This document shows, piece after piece, positions 50,591 to 53,963 of a stretch of DNA of 53,963 nucleotides (position 1 is the stretch's first letter; each line of letters begins with the position of its first letter). A program made the translations under genes and the position numbers. Below the pieces are notes generated by a model. It was not told the origin of the DNA. It did no database searches and saw nothing but the letters and a program-made list of their open reading frames with translations. The DNA comes from Planctomycetaceae bacterium (lineage in GTDB: Bacteria; Planctomycetota; Planctomycetia; Pirellulales; DASRSE01), in the NCBI GenBank assembly GCA_043738845.1, contig JAYUFG010000580.1:1-53963 (forward strand), in the 5' to 3' direction.

Positions 50591-50726
50591 GGGGTGCCAC
50601 TGGCTCTGCGGGCGTCAGATCGCGTACCGTTTTGCGGGGTGTGCCACTGGCTCTTCCAGTGTGAACCGCCAAAAAACGCGGCTCAAACAACACTGGCGGA
50701 GCCAATTGCACTCGACAGTGGCATCC
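50591..50726. repeat. REP-F copies (GGGGTG(TG)CCACTGGCTCT.. / ..CAGTGGCATCCC)
   Basis: 50591..50607, 50636..50661 and the inverted copy 50691..50726 share the CCACTGG/CCAGTGG core. Confidence 0.7.
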
Positions 50727-50774
50727 CGATTTTTAGCTGTGCCAAAGCGTTCTGACGATTATTCACAAGTTTTT

Positions 50775-50867
50775 CATCCCGGAGGGATGTTAGCAATTAG
50801 CCGGTGGTGGAGCGAAACGTCACCACCGGAAAGCGGTCCGCCCACGACATTCGACCCCAACGGGGTC
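50775..50867 (-). repeat. REP-B copy (inverted relative to 3584..3665)
   Basis: CATCCCggaGGGATG, CCGGTGGTG..CACCACCGG and GACCCCaacGGGGTC appear in the reverse order of the 3.6-kb copy. Confidence 0.85.
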
Positions 50868-50910
50868 GCAGCGAATCGCGGAAGTTGTGACCGTTGACGC
50901 GCTGTCGCTG

Positions 50911-51003
50911 GCATCCCTCCGAGATGCTTTGCGAACCGAGGATTGTTACCGGTGGTGTCGCTGCGCTCAACCACCGGCTAATCGCTGTGACCCCCTTGAG
51001 GTC
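50911..51003 (+). repeat. REP-B copy with shuffled module order
   Basis: GCATCCCTCCGAGATGC, then CCGGTGGTGTCGCTGCGCTCAACCACCGGCTAATCGC (near-identical to 3611..3646), then GACCCCCTTGAGGTC. Confidence 0.85.
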
Positions 51004-51095
51004 CAAACCAACGTAGCCTGACCCCACAACGAGAAATTGGACCGAACGAACCAGTGTTATGTACAAATGTCAGACATAGTGCTGGGTCGCTGTTT

Positions 51096-52193
51096 TCAAT
51101 TCAGCTTGCGGCAAATTGCCTCGGCCATTTCCCGGGTGCCGACGGCGGTTGGATCGGTGCGATTCGGTTTCAGGTCGTAGGTTACATGTTTTCCTTCGCG
51201 GATCACGTCGGCGACCGCTTTCTCCAGACGGTTGCTGGCGTCGAGTTCGCCCAGGTGCCGCAGCATCAACATGCCCGACAGAATCACGGCGGTCGGGTTG
51301 ACCTTGTTTTGGCCTTTGTACTTCGGTGCGCTGCCGTGGGTCGCTTCAAACACGGCACCACCCGGCCCGATATTGGCTCCCGGCGCGACACCTAACCCGC
51401 CCACAATTCCCGCCGCGAGGTCGCTCAAAATGTCGCCATATAAATTCGGCAGCACGAGGACGTCGTAGTCCTCTGGTTTTTGCACCAACTGCATGCACAT
51501 GTTATCGACGATCCGTTCGTCGAACGCGATGTCGGGATATTGCTCGGCGACCTTCTTGGCCGTCGCCAGCCACAGGCCGTCCGTGTGCTTCATAATGTTG
51601 GCCTTATGCACGCACGTGACTTTCTTCCGCTGGTTCGCCCGCGCGTAGTCAAAGGCGTACTTGACGATTCGCTCGCTGCCGCTGACGCTGATCGGCTTGA
51701 TCGAGATGCCCGTTTCTTCGCGGCCCGACTTGATTTTCTTGTCGGTCGAAAGGCGATTGATTTGGTCATAGATTTCGAGCGTGTTGGCGGCACCTTTCTC
51801 GAATTCGACGCCCGCATATAAGTCCTCTGTGTTCTCGCGGACGATCACCAAGTCAATTTTGACGTCTTTGAAGAACGAGCGAATGCCCAGGTATTGTTTA
51901 CACGGCCGCACACAGGCGTACAGTCCAAGTGCCTGACGCAGATGGACGTTGATGCTGCGAAAGCCGGTCCCGACGGGCGTGGTGATTGGCGACTTCAACG
52001 CACACTTGGTGCGGCGGACACTTTCGAGCGTGCTGTCGGGCAAGGGCGTTCCCGTGCGGGCCATCACATCGACGCCCGCCTCTTGCACGTCCCAATTGAT
52101 TTTCACGCCGGTGGCGTCGATACACTTGCGTGCGGCCTCCGCGAGTTCGGGTCCGGTTCCGTCGCCAGTGATGAGAGTTACGTCGTGAGCCAT
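51096..52193 (-). CDS. isocitrate/isopropylmalate dehydrogenase family protein (probably isocitrate dehydrogenase)
   Basis: [40 protein letters not shown] and THGSAPKY. The insertion between the beta-decarboxylase core blocks favours ICDH over LeuB. Confidence 0.88.
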   Translation of the reverse strand: MAHDVTLITGDGTGPELAEAARKCIDATGVKINWDVQEAGVDVMARTGTPLPDSTLESVRRTKCALKSPITTPVGTGFRSINVHLRQALGLYACVRPCKQYLGIRSFFKDVKIDLVIVRENTEDLYAGVEFEKGAANTLEIYDQINRLSTDKKIKSGREETGISIKPISVSGSERIVKYAFDYARANQRKKVTCVHKANIMKHTDGLWLATAKKVAEQYPDIAFDERIVDNMCMQLVQKPEDYDVLVLPNLYGDILSDLAAGIVGGLGVAPGANIGPGGAVFEATHGSAPKYKGQNKVNPTAVILSGMLMLRHLGELDASNRLEKAVADVIREGKHVTYDLKPNRTDPTAVGTREMAEAICRKLN

Positions 52194-52234
52194 GTGTCGT
52201 AAAAGGGTAAGTGGTGAGTGGTGGTCTAGTGAGT

Positions 52235-52317
52235 GGCGAGCCGGAGGCGTAAGCGACCGGAGGTATCTAACAATTAGCGACCGGAGATATCAACGAATCG
52301 ACAATATCGACCGGAAC
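52235..52317 (+). repeat. REP-J degenerate tandem copies
   Basis: GGCGAGCCGGAGGCGTAAGCGACCGGAGG..TTAGCGACCGGAGAT..ATATCGACCGGAAC. There are four (A/G)GC/TCGA(G/C)CCGGA cores. Confidence 0.7.
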
Positions 52318-52452
52318 ACAACACCGTAACAGAGCGTCCCGCGACAGTCAACTTCCGAAAAATCGCGGGCCTTGGGGGTGGAAAATCACCTTCCTTTAGA
52401 GCAAGGTCTGACTTTGGGTGAGAACGCCCGCCCCATTTCCATCTGCACTTGG

Positions 52453-53583
52453 TCACGACGCCACTGCCGCGACTTCCGGCGTCAAACCCTCGAACAGGGC
52501 GTCCACAAACTCGCTGGGATTGAATAACGCCAAATCGGTCGCCTGTTCGCCGATCCCAACGTACTTCACGGGCAAGCCAAACTGCTGCCGGATCGGGACG
52601 ATTACGCCTCCCTTGGCCGTTCCGTCGATCTTCGCCAAGATCAAGCCGGTACACTTGACCGCTTCCGTAAAACCTTTCGCTTGGCTTAAACCATTTTGAC
52701 CGGCCGTTGCGTCGAGAACCAAAATGACTTCATGCGGAGCGTCGGGAATCTGCTTGCTAATCACGCGCTGGATTTTGGTCAACTCTTGCATCAAATTGAC
52801 CTGCGTTTGCAGCCGGCCCGCCGTGTCGATGATGCAAACGTCCGCTCCGGTTTGCAGTGCGGTCGCGACGGCGCGATGAGCGACGCTGGCCGGATCACTG
52901 CCCGACTCTCCCCGGACAATCTCTGCCCCGAGACGATTAGCCCAAATCGCCAATTGCTCGACGGCGGCTGCGCGAAACGTATCGGCGGCACCGAGTACAA
53001 CCTTTTTTCCCTGACCGACAAAAAGTTGCGTTAGCTTGGCAATCGACGTTGTTTTGCCCGAGCCATTCACGCCCGAGACCATGATTACGGTCGGTCCAGT
53101 CGCGGCCAATTGAATCGGTGCGGCGTCTTGGGCCAAGATCGACTTGAGCTTGACCTTGATCGTGTTGACCATTTCTTCGAGATGAACGATGCGTGCCCGA
53201 TACTGGTTGAACACTTCGTCCACCAGTTCGCTCGCTGCTTTCGGACCCATATCGGTTTTGAGGAGCGATTCTCGCAACTCTTCAATGAATGCCTCGTCTA
53301 CGAGCCGACCTTCGCTCTTGAACAAGTCGCGAATGTCGGTCTTTAGAAGCTGCTTCGTCTTTTTCAGACCTTCGACAAGGCGTCCAAAGAAACCCTTTTT
53401 GACCGGTGCTTCCTCAACGGGCGGCGCAGGGGCAGCCGACACAGGCGTTTTCGCCACGTCTGGCTTGGAAGCGTCCGTTGTAGCAGCATCCGCCTTAGTC
53501 GCGGCTGTTTTAGGGACGACTGTTTTAGGGACGACTGTTTCGACCTGTTCGGCACTTTTCTTAAATCGATCAAATAAACCCAT
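52453..53583 (-). CDS. ftsY: signal recognition particle receptor FtsY
   Basis: MGLFDRFKK N-terminus, acidic/Ala-Pro-rich A region, and NG domain motifs GVNGSGKTTSIAKL, DTAGRL and AKIDGTAKGG. Confidence 0.93.
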   Translation of the reverse strand: MGLFDRFKKSAEQVETVVPKTVVPKTAATKADAATTDASKPDVAKTPVSAAPAPPVEEAPVKKGFFGRLVEGLKKTKQLLKTDIRDLFKSEGRLVDEAFIEELRESLLKTDMGPKAASELVDEVFNQYRARIVHLEEMVNTIKVKLKSILAQDAAPIQLAATGPTVIMVSGVNGSGKTTSIAKLTQLFVGQGKKVVLGAADTFRAAAVEQLAIWANRLGAEIVRGESGSDPASVAHRAVATALQTGADVCIIDTAGRLQTQVNLMQELTKIQRVISKQIPDAPHEVILVLDATAGQNGLSQAKGFTEAVKCTGLILAKIDGTAKGGVIVPIRQQFGLPVKYVGIGEQATDLALFNPSEFVDALFEGLTPEVAAVAS

Positions 53584-53963
53584 GGACGATAATCACCTGC
53601 TCGGAACTGCGGGGAACAAAAACAAATAGGAACGCCAGCCGTTCGGGATCGAGACCCTGGAAGCGACGGCCCATCATTCTATCCGATACGACGTTCGATT
53701 TCGACTGCTGGCTGGTCGCAATCTCAATTGTCCTAATTTGCCTAACCGATTTGTCGCAACTGCTTAGCCGCCGCATCCACACGGTGGCCCCTCCCTGAAA
53801 GAGCCAGCCGGTAAATTTTATGAGTTGATTGGTGGCGGTGCAATGGGGTAGCGCGCCGCGTGGGGACGCGGTTTTTTGAATAGGGGTTACGGTGAAATCG
53901 TAAAACGGTTTACGTTTGGATTTCAATGTCGTGACGACTTCAGGGGCGGAGTTTGTGGCGTTG

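Noticed and set aside
53570-53926. 118-aa minus-strand ORF upstream of ftsY
   Set aside because: It overlaps the ftsY start by 14 nt in another frame, has no motifs and an odd composition, and the region is more likely the ftsY promoter and leader.
1-53963. Mobile element, prophage or defence island
   Set aside because: I could not recognise any integrase, transposase, recombinase, phage structural gene, restriction-modification gene, cas gene, reverse transcriptase or toxin-antitoxin pair. Housekeeping genes are interspersed throughout.

Overview
This 53,963-bp window reads as ordinary core chromosome of a Planctomycetota bacterium. That is an inference from its content: a DUF1549/DUF1553 + DUF1501 gene pair, a CxxCH planctomycete-cytochrome-type module, an ECF sigma factor with a FecR-WD40 anti-sigma, RWYxFSLRSLL-type N-termini, and starts that mostly lack a Shine-Dalgarno sequence. 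I call 50 protein-coding genes. Housekeeping genes include aroC, hisG, ftsY, scpA, a P-II protein, cardiolipin synthase, HU, an RluA-type pseudouridine synthase, an isocitrate-dehydrogenase-family enzyme, a dGTPase-like HD protein and a HIT protein. The rest are three ECF sigma factors with three different partner architectures, an FHA / Ser-Thr-kinase locus, a cpaF-tadB-tadC trio with no pilin or secretin gene, and many lineage-specific hypotheticals. I find no rRNA, tRNA, CRISPR array, cas gene, integrase, transposase or phage gene, so nothing here looks like a mobile or defence island. I cannot point to a self-evident new multi-gene system. What the ORF track leaves unexplained is the intergenic DNA. 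Many of the longer spacers are filled by about a dozen palindromic REP-like repeat families, and some sit with base-pair precision against stop and start codons. My highest-rated observations are: (1) a palindromic cassette (REP-E) that fills the stop-to-start interval of two co-directional gene pairs, and whose pyrimidine tail (ATTCATCATTTCCCC) directly abuts the ATG of a kinase, an ECF sigma factor and cls; (2) a REP-punctuated locus at 30.7-36.8 kb encoding a coiled-coil protein, an FHA protein, a polytopic Ser/Thr kinase, a membrane protein, a long-linker ECF sigma and a soluble zf-HC2-like protein; (3) a G10 tract at the kinase / downstream-gene junction, where +1 G would fuse the two ORFs; (4) a lipoprotein made only of the FlgG/FlgF rod-protein core, with no flagellar neighbours; (5) a redoxin + CxxCH + copper-monooxygenase-like tri-domain secreted protein. 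All functional calls come from motif recognition by eye, since no searches could be run.
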